Below, piece by piece: positions 11,969-21,260 of a DNA stretch of 64,000 nt. Made by a program: the position numbers and the translations under genes. The stretch is from Acidobacteriota bacterium (GTDB taxonomy: Bacteria > Acidobacteriota > Vicinamibacteria > Vicinamibacterales > UBA2999): assembly GCA_046726375.1 (NCBI GenBank), contig JBKPAJ010000021.1, positions 65,199-129,198 on the forward strand, written 5' to 3'. Below the pieces are notes generated by a model. The model was not told where the DNA came from, did not search any database, and saw nothing but the letters and a program-made list of their open reading frames with translations. Position 1 is the stretch's first letter, and the number at the start of each line of letters is the position of its first letter.

Positions 11969-12379
11969 ATGGCCGAGACGCTCAGACTACAAATTGTCAC
12001 GCCGCAGGCGACGGTCTTCTCCGAGGACGTGCACATGGTCACGCTGCCGGTCGCGGAAGGACAGATCGGCGTCTACCCGCAGCACCTGCGCGTGATTACG
12101 CAGGTCGTGCCCGGCGAGATCATCGTCAACCAGAACGGGACCGATCGCTTTCTCGCCGTGGGCGAAGGCGTGGTGGAAATCGATGCCGACCACGTCGTCG
12201 TCGCGACCGACATGGCGATACCGGCCGAAAACATCGACGAGGCCAGGGTCGAAGAGGCCCGCGCGCGCGCCGCCGCGCGGCTGCGCGAAAAGATCTCCGA
12301 CGAAGAGGTCGCGTCAGTCAACGCGTCGCTGGCGCGATCGTTGGCGCAACTGCAGGTGCGGAGGCGTCGCCGAATGTGA
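11969..12379 (+). CDS. atpC: F0F1 ATP synthase subunit epsilon
   Basis: 136 aa: a beta-sandwich N-terminal part and a helical Ala/Arg-rich C-terminal part. It is the last gene of the operon. Confidence 0.93.
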   Translation: MAETLRLQIVTPQATVFSEDVHMVTLPVAEGQIGVYPQHLRVITQVVPGEIIVNQNGTDRFLAVGEGVVEIDADHVVVATDMAIPAENIDEARVEEARARAAARLREKISDEEVASVNASLARSLAQLQVRRRRRM

Positions 12380-14088
12380 CGATTCCAGCCACACGTACTC
12401 GCCATGCTGCGGCCGCGGCGCTGCTTTGCGCGTTCTGCCTGACAGCGCCCGCGATCCTCTTCGCGCAGCCGAACCCCGCCGCGCCGGCCGCGGCACAGCC
12501 GTCGGCTGACGTTCAGGATCCCGAAGCGGAAGGCGATCGCGGTGCGCCGGTGCTGGTGGGCGGCGAGCCGGTGATCTGGATCGCGGCCGGCGCCGGACCG
12601 TATTCGCCGCAGTTCCGCGCCGAGCGCATCGCGCAGCGGCTGCGCGATATCGTGCATGACCGCGGCATCATCGATCCCAGTGTCACGATTGCAGAAGTCG
12701 AGGGCTCCTCGGAGCTCCGGGTCGGGCCGCGGCTGCTGATGGTGGTCACGCAGCAGGACGCCAGGAGCGTGGGCGTGCCGCGCGTCGGGCTGGCGGCGGA
12801 ATACGCCCGCGGACTCGAGGCGGCGATCCGGGCGGAACGGCTGCGCTATGCCCCGGCGACGTTGATTCGGTCGGGCATCTCCGGTGTCGCGGCCACGCTG
12901 CTGCTGTTGGTTCTTCTCGTGGTGATACGCCGAGTCACGCGATGGACTCGCGCTGCGCTCGCGCGCTCGCGCGCGCGCCGCATGTCGCTGCGTGTGCAAC
13001 AGGCTGAAATCGTTCCGGCGGAGCGAATCGGCCGGGTGCTCGATCGCACCATCGTAGCGATCCGGTTCGTGGTCGTGTTCCTCCTGATCGACCTATATTT
13101 GACCTTCGTCCTCGGTCTGTTCCCATGGACGCGTGCCGTGTCGGCCAAGCTTCTGAGCTATCTGATCACGCCTCTGCAAACCGCCGGCTCGGCGTTTGTC
13201 GGCTATCTCCCAAACCTTCTGTTCCTCATCGTTATCGCCGCGATCGTCAACGTGGCGATTCGGCTGGTGGGGCTGTTCTTTCGGCAGGTTGCGCAAGGCC
13301 GCATCGTGTTCGCGAACTTCCCCGCTGAGTGGGCCGATCCGACCTACAAAATCGTCAAGGTGATGCTCATCGCCTTTGGTGTGGTGGTGGCGTTCCCGTA
13401 TCTTCCGGCGTCCAACTCCGCGGCGTTTGCGGGCGTCTCGGTCTTCATCGGCGTCCTGGTGTCGCTGTCGTCGAGCTCGGCGATTTCGAACATCATTGCC
13501 GGCATCGTCCTCACCTATACCAACGCGTTTCGCGTGGGCGATCGAGTAAAAGTCGGCGAGTCGTTCGGCGACATCATCGATACCTCGCTGCTCGCGACGC
13601 ACATACGGACAATCAAGAACGAGCACATCACCATCCCGAACAGCATCGTGCTGGGCAACTCGATGACGAACTTCTCGCGCACGCCGAACACCGCCGGCCT
13701 GATTCTTCATACCAGCGTCACGATCGGCTACGACGCGCCGTGGCGTCAGGTACACGAGCTGCTCATCGGCGCGGCGCTCGCGACACCCGGCCTGCTCCAC
13801 GAGCCTCGTCCGTTCGTCTGGCAGACGGCGTTGAACGATTTCTACGTCACCTACGAGATCAACGCATACACCGACAGGCCGCACGCCATGCTCGAGATCT
13901 ACGCAGATCTGCACGCCAGGATCCAGGATGCGTTTTATACGGCTGGCGTCGAGATCATGTCGCCGCATTACACTTCGGTACGCGACGGCAATACGGTGGC
14001 GATCCCCGAGGCCTTTCGGGCACCGGCTTATCGCGCGCCTGCATTTCGCGTTGAAAGCGTCGGCGACGTCGTCGCACGCCGGCCATGA
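12376..14088 (+). CDS. mechanosensitive ion channel (MscS family) with N-terminal exported domain
   Basis: 570 aa with a signal peptide, multiple TM helices, and the MscS core IIAGIVLTYTNAFRVGDRVKVGESFGDIIDTSLLATHIRTIKNEHITIPNS. The GTG start at 12376 overlaps the atpC stop (ATGTGA). Confidence 0.9.
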   Translation: MTIPATRTRHAAAAALLCAFCLTAPAILFAQPNPAAPAAAQPSADVQDPEAEGDRGAPVLVGGEPVIWIAAGAGPYSPQFRAERIAQRLRDIVHDRGIIDPSVTIAEVEGSSELRVGPRLLMVVTQQDARSVGVPRVGLAAEYARGLEAAIRAERLRYAPATLIRSGISGVAATLLLLVLLVVIRRVTRWTRAALARSRARRMSLRVQQAEIVPAERIGRVLDRTIVAIRFVVVFLLIDLYLTFVLGLFPWTRAVSAKLLSYLITPLQTAGSAFVGYLPNLLFLIVIAAIVNVAIRLVGLFFRQVAQGRIVFANFPAEWADPTYKIVKVMLIAFGVVVAFPYLPASNSAAFAGVSVFIGVLVSLSSSSAISNIIAGIVLTYTNAFRVGDRVKVGESFGDIIDTSLLATHIRTIKNEHITIPNSIVLGNSMTNFSRTPNTAGLILHTSVTIGYDAPWRQVHELLIGAALATPGLLHEPRPFVWQTALNDFYVTYEINAYTDRPHAMLEIYADLHARIQDAFYTAGVEIMSPHYTSVRDGNTVAIPEAFRAPAYRAPAFRVESVGDVVARRP

Positions 14089-15800
14089 CGAACGATCGCT
14101 CGCGCAGGTCACCGGCGGTGGCGGCATCCGCGTGGCTGCCTGTCTACACCCGCGAGCAGGTGCGGCCAGATCTCGTCGCCGGCCTGACACTCGCGGCGTA
14201 TCTGTTGCCCGCTGGCATCGGCGATGCTTCGCTGGCGGGACTTGCGCCTGAGGCGGGTCTCTACGCTTGTCTGTTCGCAGGACTCGTCTTCTGGATCTTC
14301 TGCAGCTCGAAGCAGACCGTCATCACGGTGACGTCGGCGCTGTCGCTGCTGATCGGCGCGTCGGTCGGGAATATGAGCGCCGGCGATCCCGTGCGACATG
14401 CCGCGCTGGCGGCCTGTGCCGCGCTCATGGTCGCCGCGATTGCGTTCGCCGCGTGGCTCGTTCGTGCGGGCAACGTGGTCGGCTTCTTCTCCGAGACAGT
14501 GCTCGTGGGGTTCAAGGCCGGTCTCGCGCTGTACCTCTCGACGACGCAGCTTCCCAAGTTATTCGGCTTCAAAGCTGCGCACGGAGACTTCTGGGAAGGT
14601 GCGGCGCATTTCATCAGGCATCTCCCTGAGACGAACGAGGTGGCGCTCCTCGTGGGCGCGGCGGCGTTGGCCTGTCTGGTCGCGGGCAAGCTCTGGCTGA
14701 AGCACCGCCCGGTGGCGTTCCTGGTCGTGATTGCCGGAATCGTTGCGGCGGGCGTCCTCAATCTGCAAGACCGCGGCGTCGCATTGCTCGGCGACGTCCC
14801 GCAAGGGCTGCCCTCCCTGGGACTGCCGAACGTCAGCCGACTCGATTTGAACACGCTGCTGCCGCTGGCGCTCGCGTGCTTCGTGCTGGCGGCGGTCGAG
14901 ACGTCGGCCATCGGCCGGATGTTTGCGCAGAAGCATGGTTATCGCTTCGATGCCAACCAGGAATTCCTGGCGCTTGGCGCCGGGAATCTGCTCGCGGGTC
15001 TTGGCCGCGGACTGCCCGTGAGCGGCGGCATGTCGCAGTCTCTTGTCAACGAAAGCGCGCGGGCGCAAACGCCGCTGTCCGGTCTGATCGCGGCGGTCTT
15101 CACGTTGATCGTCGTGCTGTTCGCGTCAGGACTGCTGCGCAATCTCCCGCAGCCCGTGCTCGCGGCGATCGTGCTCGCCGCGGTCATGAGTCTCGTCGAC
15201 ATCCACGCGTTAAGGCATATCTGGCACTTCAGCCGCGCGGAGTTCGCGGTCGCGATCGTGGCCCTTCTTGGCGTGCTCGGCTCGGGACCAGTTAACGGCG
15301 TGTTGCTCGGCGCTGCGATCTCGATCGTGATGGTGCTTCGACAAGGCGCGCGTCCGCGCGTGATCGAGCTCGGGCGCATCGCCGGCACCACCCATTTCGC
15401 GGATCGTGCGCGCCACGCAGAGACGCAGGCGATCCCCGGCGTGCTCGTGGTCCGGTGCGAAGCGGCCCTCCTCTATTTCAATGTGGAGTACGTTCGTGAA
15501 CGGCTGTTCGAGCTGATGCGGGCGCGCGCGGATGCCCCGCGTCTCGTGGTGTTCTTCCTTGGTTCGGTTCCGCGCGTCGACCTGGCAGGCGCCGAACTCG
15601 TGGCCGATCTGTACACAACGCTGCGCGCTCGCGGAATCGAGTTGCGGTTGGCCGATCCGAACGGTGAGGTGCGTGCTGCGCTCGCGCGCGTCGGCTTCGA
15701 GCAAACATGCGGGCCCCTGGACACCGGCCAGGCCATCGATGTGGTCGTGTCGCAGTGGCAAGCGGAGATCACTGCACGAAGCGAGCTCGCCCCGTCTTGA
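14085..15800 (+). CDS. SulP-family anion transporter with C-terminal STAS domain
   Basis: 571 aa. The N-terminus DLVAGLTLAAYLLPAGIGDASLAGL, the many TM segments and a C-terminal STAS-like region are typical of SulP. The ATG overlaps the MscS stop (ATGA). Confidence 0.9.
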   Translation: MTNDRSRRSPAVAASAWLPVYTREQVRPDLVAGLTLAAYLLPAGIGDASLAGLAPEAGLYACLFAGLVFWIFCSSKQTVITVTSALSLLIGASVGNMSAGDPVRHAALAACAALMVAAIAFAAWLVRAGNVVGFFSETVLVGFKAGLALYLSTTQLPKLFGFKAAHGDFWEGAAHFIRHLPETNEVALLVGAAALACLVAGKLWLKHRPVAFLVVIAGIVAAGVLNLQDRGVALLGDVPQGLPSLGLPNVSRLDLNTLLPLALACFVLAAVETSAIGRMFAQKHGYRFDANQEFLALGAGNLLAGLGRGLPVSGGMSQSLVNESARAQTPLSGLIAAVFTLIVVLFASGLLRNLPQPVLAAIVLAAVMSLVDIHALRHIWHFSRAEFAVAIVALLGVLGSGPVNGVLLGAAISIVMVLRQGARPRVIELGRIAGTTHFADRARHAETQAIPGVLVVRCEAALLYFNVEYVRERLFELMRARADAPRLVVFFLGSVPRVDLAGAELVADLYTTLRARGIELRLADPNGEVRAALARVGFEQTCGPLDTGQAIDVVVSQWQAEITARSELAPS

Positions 15801-15915
15801 GCTCGTAGACCGCTCCCACTGAGTTTGATCACGCCTTCACACGTCCGTGCGTGGCCTTCTGGCCGTGCGGCGCAATTGCTGCATCGACCAGGAGAGATGG
15901 CAACGGCACCGTGAA

Positions 15916-15953
15916 AGCCGCAGGGACGAAGCGCACGGTAGTGGCGGCTTTTT
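15916..15953 (+). terminator. candidate rho-independent terminator after the atp-mscS-sulP string
   Basis: AGCCGC (15916-21) pairs with GCGGCT (15944-49) and is followed by TTTT. The 22-nt loop is large, so this is weak. Confidence 0.3.
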
Positions 15954-16092
15954 ATCGGAGATCCTCCGAAATAACGGAGGCCGGACGCCCCACCCATCGC
16001 CCGCGCCGGCGGAACGACGTGAGTCTTCAACAACTTGCGCAGACCGTTGCCGTGCGGTTGCAGTTGGCACTAGGCGTGCTGCCCACAAGGCG

Positions 16093-17685
16093 ATGATCTC
16101 GCGGACGTCGCGGCGAGCCGATGGCGGCGGGCTCGCCTTACGGCGTCTGGTGATGGCGTTGTTTGTGGTGCTCGCACCAGACGTTTCGAGTCATGCCCAG
16201 GCCCGCGCCGCAACACCAGACATGCCCGGTTCTGCTGTGCAGCCTTCGCCACCCGTCGTGTCGTGCGCATCGAAGCCGGGCGAGCGCATTCAGTGCCCGG
16301 CGGACACGTCTGCGGGCGTCGCGCTCGTGCGGTCGAGCGGAGTGGGTACGTGCCTGCTCGGAAAAACGTGGGGGTACGATCAGAGCAGCGTCTGGGTCGC
16401 TGACGGGTGCGGCGGCGAGTTCGTCGTCGGCCAAACCACGCCTGCGACGACGGCACCCGTACCGGAGCCCAGAAAACCGACCGAACGCATCGAGACGTGG
16501 GGCGAATTCGACCCGGGTGAGGGCTTTCTGATCGGCAGAAGCAGCGTCGGAGAGCTCTCGATCAGCGGATATGCGCTGCTGCGCTACCTTAACCAGCTTC
16601 CCGCGGAACAGACCTTCACCGACCATCTCGGGAACACCCAGACGATCGATCCGCGCAACGACATCTTTCCCCACCGCATCATCGTGTACCTGAAAGGGTG
16701 GGTCGGCGTCCCAAAGCTTGTTTACACCGTGGTTTTATGGACGGTGAATACGACGGACCAGGACGCCCTCTTCGCCGTCATGGGTTATCAATTCGCCCGC
16801 AAGTTCAGTTGGTACGGCGGCATCAACGGAAGTCCGGGAACACGATCGTTGCAGGGATCGCATCCATTCTGGCTCGGTCACGACCGCGTGATGGCGGACG
16901 AGTTCTTCCGTCCGTATTTCGCGTTCGGCACATGGGCACAAGGCGAAATCACGCCCGGCCTCTGGTACAACGTCTTCCTCGGCAACAACTCCAGTTCGCT
17001 CGGGATCAAAGCCACGCAACTGGATCGCCACTTATCCACTGGCGCGTCCACCTGGTGGATGCCCACCACGAAGGAGTTTGGTCCCAGGGGCGCGTACGGC
17101 GACTGGGAAATGCACGACAAGGTCGCGACGCGCTTCGGCTTCTCGACCACCGAGAGTCGTGAGGAACGCTTCACTGACGCCACGACCGGCGCGACCGGCA
17201 ACACCACGATCAAATTGGCCGACAGCCTCAACGCATTCGACACCGGCGCGCTGGCCCCGGGCGTGACGGTGCAACAGCTCGACTATCGAATCATCGCCTT
17301 CGATGCCGGCGTGAAATACCGAGGCATGTTCTTGCAGACCGAGATCTACACCCGCTGGCTCGATGAATTCATCGCCGACGGTCCGCTCCCGGTCACATCG
17401 ATCGTGGACAAGGGGTTCTACGTTCAAGGTGCGTTCTTTCCGGTGCCGAAAAGGCTCGAGCTCTACGGCGCGACATCGCAGATTTACGGCGACAAGGACG
17501 CCGGCTTCGACAACAGCTCCGAGTACCTGGTCGGAATGAATTTCTATCCGGCGAACACGCGCAATCACCGCTTCAACGTGCAGGTCATCGACGTGAATCG
17601 CTCGCCGGTCGGCAGCACGTTCGGTTATTACGTCGGCGGTCAGAAGGGAACGACCGTCTCGACAGCGTTCTCGGTCTTCTTCTGA
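16093..17685 (+). CDS. outer-membrane porin-like protein with N-terminal DUF3011-like Cys-rich domain
   Basis: I chose the internal ATG at 16093 (MISRTSRR...LALRRLVMALFVVLAPDVSSHAQA signal). The Cys-rich module (VSCASKPGERIQCPADTSAGVALVRSSGVGTCLLGKTWGYDQSSVWVADGCGGEFVV) resembles DUF3011. The rest is beta-strand-rich, aromatic and porin-like, and ends in ...STAFSVFF. Confidence 0.7.
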   Translation: MISRTSRRADGGGLALRRLVMALFVVLAPDVSSHAQARAATPDMPGSAVQPSPPVVSCASKPGERIQCPADTSAGVALVRSSGVGTCLLGKTWGYDQSSVWVADGCGGEFVVGQTTPATTAPVPEPRKPTERIETWGEFDPGEGFLIGRSSVGELSISGYALLRYLNQLPAEQTFTDHLGNTQTIDPRNDIFPHRIIVYLKGWVGVPKLVYTVVLWTVNTTDQDALFAVMGYQFARKFSWYGGINGSPGTRSLQGSHPFWLGHDRVMADEFFRPYFAFGTWAQGEITPGLWYNVFLGNNSSSLGIKATQLDRHLSTGASTWWMPTTKEFGPRGAYGDWEMHDKVATRFGFSTTESREERFTDATTGATGNTTIKLADSLNAFDTGALAPGVTVQQLDYRIIAFDAGVKYRGMFLQTEIYTRWLDEFIADGPLPVTSIVDKGFYVQGAFFPVPKRLELYGATSQIYGDKDAGFDNSSEYLVGMNFYPANTRNHRFNVQVIDVNRSPVGSTFGYYVGGQKGTTVSTAFSVFF

Positions 17686-17704
17686 GACCGAGGGAGGTCT
17701 CGCG

Positions 17705-18850
17705 ATGATCAGCATCGTTAGTCGTCGTCGCGGGCTGGCGCCGCTTGGCGGCTTCGCCCTTGTCATGCTGCTGCTCGCACTCGTGCTGCCGCTCTCGGGA
17801 GGCGCTCCGACTGTTGCCGCGCAAACCACGGCGTCGGCAAGCGAGTTCTACGACTCGCATTTCCACCTGACCAACTACATCCAGCAGGGAATCGAGGCGC
17901 GTCGGTTCCTGCAGATCATGGGCACGCGCGTCGGTCGATCGACGCTCTTTGGCATCCCGCTGCAGCAGCATTGGTCGTATGCCAACTCCGCGGACTTTGC
18001 GCCCACCTACTACCTGCACAGCGATGCGCCGCTCTACTACTACTCGTTCACCGACGCCTACATCGCCAGCGTCTATCGCTCGCTCTCTGAGGCCGAGCAG
18101 GCGCGCTTCGATCCGATGATCACCGGGTTCAACCCGGCGGACATGTACGGCGTCGATCACATCCGACGCGTGCTGAAGACGTTTCCCGGCGTCTTCACCG
18201 GGATCGGCGAATTCAGCATCCACAAAGAGTTCGTGTCGGCCAAGGTGTGGGGCGAAACCGCCAGCCTCACCAATCCCGCGCTCGATCGCATCCTCGATTT
18301 TGCCGGCGAAAGCGGTCTCGTCGTAATCATCCACAACGATATCGACATGCCGTTTGCCAAACAGGACACCGAGCCGGTGTACCTGGCGCAGATGAAGGCC
18401 CTGCTCAAGCGTCACGCCAATGCGCGCATCATCTGGGCCCACGTCGGCCTGGGACGCATCGTGCATCCGGTGCAGGTGTCGGCCGAAGCAGCTCAACGCG
18501 CGCCGTCGCAGTTTCAGATTGTGGAGGCGATGCTCACCGATCCGGCGCTCAACCACGTGAGCTTCGACATCTCGTGGGACGAAGTCGCGAAGTATGCGGT
18601 CGCGACTCCGGAATCGATTGCGCGCGTCGCAGCCATCCTCAACCGCTATCCCGACCGGTTCCTGTTCGGCACCGACACGGTGGCGCCGGCAGGTCCCGGT
18701 CCGTACTTCGCCGTGTTCGACCTGTGGGCGCCGATCTGGCGCCTGTTGACGCCCGAGGCGAGCCTCAAAGTGCGCAAGGGCAACTACGAACGGATCTTCG
18801 ACGAGGGACGCCGCAAGGTTCGCGCGTGGGAGACCAGCAACGTGCGATGA
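17705..18850 (+). CDS. exported amidohydrolase-family protein
   Basis: 381 aa with a signal peptide. The metal-binding start FYDSHFHLTNY, plus IIHNDIDMP and WAHVG, fit the amidohydrolase (TIM-barrel metal hydrolase) pattern. Confidence 0.78.
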   Translation: MISIVSRRRGLAPLGGFALVMLLLALVLPLSGGAPTVAAQTTASASEFYDSHFHLTNYIQQGIEARRFLQIMGTRVGRSTLFGIPLQQHWSYANSADFAPTYYLHSDAPLYYYSFTDAYIASVYRSLSEAEQARFDPMITGFNPADMYGVDHIRRVLKTFPGVFTGIGEFSIHKEFVSAKVWGETASLTNPALDRILDFAGESGLVVIIHNDIDMPFAKQDTEPVYLAQMKALLKRHANARIIWAHVGLGRIVHPVQVSAEAAQRAPSQFQIVEAMLTDPALNHVSFDISWDEVAKYAVATPESIARVAAILNRYPDRFLFGTDTVAPAGPGPYFAVFDLWAPIWRLLTPEASLKVRKGNYERIFDEGRRKVRAWETSNVR

Positions 18851-18881
18851 GCGCACGCTTGCGACAAAAGGAGAAACCGAG

Positions 18882-20180
18882 ATGCGACCCGATCGGACCG
18901 TCCGGCAGACCATCGTTTTCGTGTCGTTGGTCAGCGCGTTGCTGTTGTTTGCTGGCGCAACAGCTGCTCGCGCGCAGCAACCGACAGGCGAGACGAGCGC
19001 GACCGCCGGCGCTGACAGCGCCCAGGCACAGCCTGAGGCAAAGCCCAGCTTCGAGATCTATGGCTTTGCCATGCTCGACATCGGCCACGACTTCAAGCAG
19101 ATCAACCCGAACTGGTTTGACACGATGCGCGTGACCAGGCTGCCGTCGTTCGAAAACGAGTTCGGACGCGACCACAATACCTTTGCCGGCGTGCGGCAAA
19201 GCCGCCTGGGTGTGCGATCGAACACGTCTACCGCGGTAGGCGATTTGAACACGACGTTCGAGTTCGAGCTGTTTGGCACCGGTGTCGATGAAGGCCAGAC
19301 GACGTTTCGTCTGCGCCACGCGTACGGCGAGCTCGACGCGTTTCTCGCCGGCCAGACCTGGAGCCCATTCATGGATCCGGACGTGTTCCCCAATTCGCTC
19401 GAGTACTGGGGCCCCACGGGAATGGTGTTCTTCCGTAACGTGCAGGTCAGATGGACACCCGTTCGCGGCGACCACACGGTGATGCTCGCGCTCGAACGGC
19501 CAGGTGCGAGCGGCGATCAGGGCGTCTATGCCGACCGCGTCGAGCTCGAAGGCATCCGGCCACGCTTTCCGCTCCCCGACTTCTCTGGCGCCTACAAGTA
19601 CAGCGCCGGCTGGGGATACGCTCGAGTCGCCGGCATGTTACGCCGGATCTATTGGGATGACACGAAGACGGATGATTTCTTCGATTTCACCGACAATGCC
19701 ACCGGGTGGGGCATCAATCTGAGTTCCAACCTCAAAGCCGGAGCAAGCGACACCATTCGGCTGCAGTTCGTGTTCGGCGAAGGCATCCAGAACTACATGA
19801 ATGACGCACCGGTTGACATCGGGATTGAAAACAGACCTGTCATCAACCCTCCTGTAAGCACCGAGCCGCCAATCGCAGGGGTGCCGCTGCCGTTGATCGG
19901 ATTTGTCGCGTTTCTCGATCACACGTGGAGTCGGGAGTTCAGCACTGCGGTCGGGTACTCGCTGACCGACATCGACAACAGCGACGCGCAAGCGCCAAAC
20001 GCATATAGCAAGGGCCATTACGCGCTCGGCAACGTTCTCTACTACCCGGTGCCCAACGTCATGGTGGGAAGCGAGCTGCAGTGGGGCCGCCGCGAAAACT
20101 TCTCCGATGGATTCCACAGCGACGGGTTCAAGGTCCAGTTCTCGTTCAGGTACAACTTCTCGTGGAAATTGGGAGGCTAG
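18882..20180 (+). CDS. outer-membrane porin-like beta-barrel (DcaP-like, tentative)
   Basis: 432 aa with a signal peptide, alternating beta-strand pattern (FEIYGFAMLDIGHDF…, GVRQSRLGVRS…) and a C-terminal aromatic end ...FSFRYNFSWKLGG. Confidence 0.65.
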   Translation: MRPDRTVRQTIVFVSLVSALLLFAGATAARAQQPTGETSATAGADSAQAQPEAKPSFEIYGFAMLDIGHDFKQINPNWFDTMRVTRLPSFENEFGRDHNTFAGVRQSRLGVRSNTSTAVGDLNTTFEFELFGTGVDEGQTTFRLRHAYGELDAFLAGQTWSPFMDPDVFPNSLEYWGPTGMVFFRNVQVRWTPVRGDHTVMLALERPGASGDQGVYADRVELEGIRPRFPLPDFSGAYKYSAGWGYARVAGMLRRIYWDDTKTDDFFDFTDNATGWGINLSSNLKAGASDTIRLQFVFGEGIQNYMNDAPVDIGIENRPVINPPVSTEPPIAGVPLPLIGFVAFLDHTWSREFSTAVGYSLTDIDNSDAQAPNAYSKGHYALGNVLYYPVPNVMVGSELQWGRRENFSDGFHSDGFKVQFSFRYNFSWKLGG

Positions 20181-20182
20181 CG

Positions 20183-21238
20183 ATGAAGGCACGCACTCGG
20201 AACATTTCTCTCGGCGCCGCGGTGCTCTTCGCGGTGGCCGTGCTGGCCCTCGCCATGCCGTGGCTCCGCGCTCAACAAGCGCCGGCAAACGTCCAGCAGG
20301 CCGTCGACGCGGCATACGCGAAATTCCGGTCGCTCAGCGAAGGCAAGAACGCGGACTACATTCCAGCGCTTGCCAAGGTCGATCCCAACCTGTTCGGCAT
20401 CGCCCTGGTGACGGTCGACGGCAAGGTCGCGACCGCCGGCGACGTGAAGACCGAAGTCTCGATTCAGTCGATCTCGAAAGTGTTCACCATGGCCCAGGTG
20501 ATCCAGGAACAGGGCCCCGAGTCCATCGAGAAACGCATTGGCGTCGACGCCACCGGCGCGCGATTCAACTCGATCATCGCCGTCGAGGGCGTCCGCACCG
20601 TCGTGGGCACGGGCGCGCCCGAGATGAATCCGCTCGTCAACCCCGGGGCCATTTCCGCGACCAGTATGGTCCGGGGAAGCAGCGCCGACGAAGTGTGGAA
20701 GAAAATCATCAGCTTCCACAACGACGCCGCGGGCCGTCAGCTGAGCGTGCTGCAGGACGTTTACAAGTCGGAGTCGGATACCAATCAGCGCAATCAGGCG
20801 ATCGGTGCGTTGATGCTGGCCTACGGCTACATCAAGGACAACTGGCAGCAGGCCGTCGATCTCTACACTCGCCAGTGTTCGATCGGCGTGAACGCGAGGG
20901 ACCTTGCGACAATGGCGGCAACGCTCGCTGCCGCAGGCAGGAATCCGGTGACCGGCAAGCAGGTGCTCGATGCGTCGAAGGTGCCGGGCGTGCTCGCGGT
21001 GATGGCGACCGCGGGACTCTACGACGACTCGGGCAAGTGGCTGTATCACACCGGTCTCCCGGCGAAGAGCGGCGTGGGCGGCGGTATCATCGCCGTCTCG
21101 CCCGGCAAGTTCGGCATTGCCGTGGTCTCGCCGCCGCTCGACGACGCAGGAAACAGCGTGCGCGCACAGCGGGCGATCGAGGCCATCTCGAATGCCCTCA
21201 ATGGCAACCCGTACGCTGCGAAGCCACCGACGAATTGA
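20183..21238 (+). CDS. glsA: glutaminase A with signal peptide
   Basis: ATG 20183 is preceded by GGGAGG 6 nt upstream. DYIPALAKVDPNLFGIALVTVDG, SIQSISKVFT and LPAKSGVGGGIIAV are glutaminase hallmarks. The longer track start (20081) overlaps the porin gene. Confidence 0.92.
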   Translation: MKARTRNISLGAAVLFAVAVLALAMPWLRAQQAPANVQQAVDAAYAKFRSLSEGKNADYIPALAKVDPNLFGIALVTVDGKVATAGDVKTEVSIQSISKVFTMAQVIQEQGPESIEKRIGVDATGARFNSIIAVEGVRTVVGTGAPEMNPLVNPGAISATSMVRGSSADEVWKKIISFHNDAAGRQLSVLQDVYKSESDTNQRNQAIGALMLAYGYIKDNWQQAVDLYTRQCSIGVNARDLATMAATLAAAGRNPVTGKQVLDASKVPGVLAVMATAGLYDDSGKWLYHTGLPAKSGVGGGIIAVSPGKFGIAVVSPPLDDAGNSVRAQRAIEAISNALNGNPYAAKPPTN

Positions 21239-21260
21239 CGCGACCGGCGGATTTGGATCA

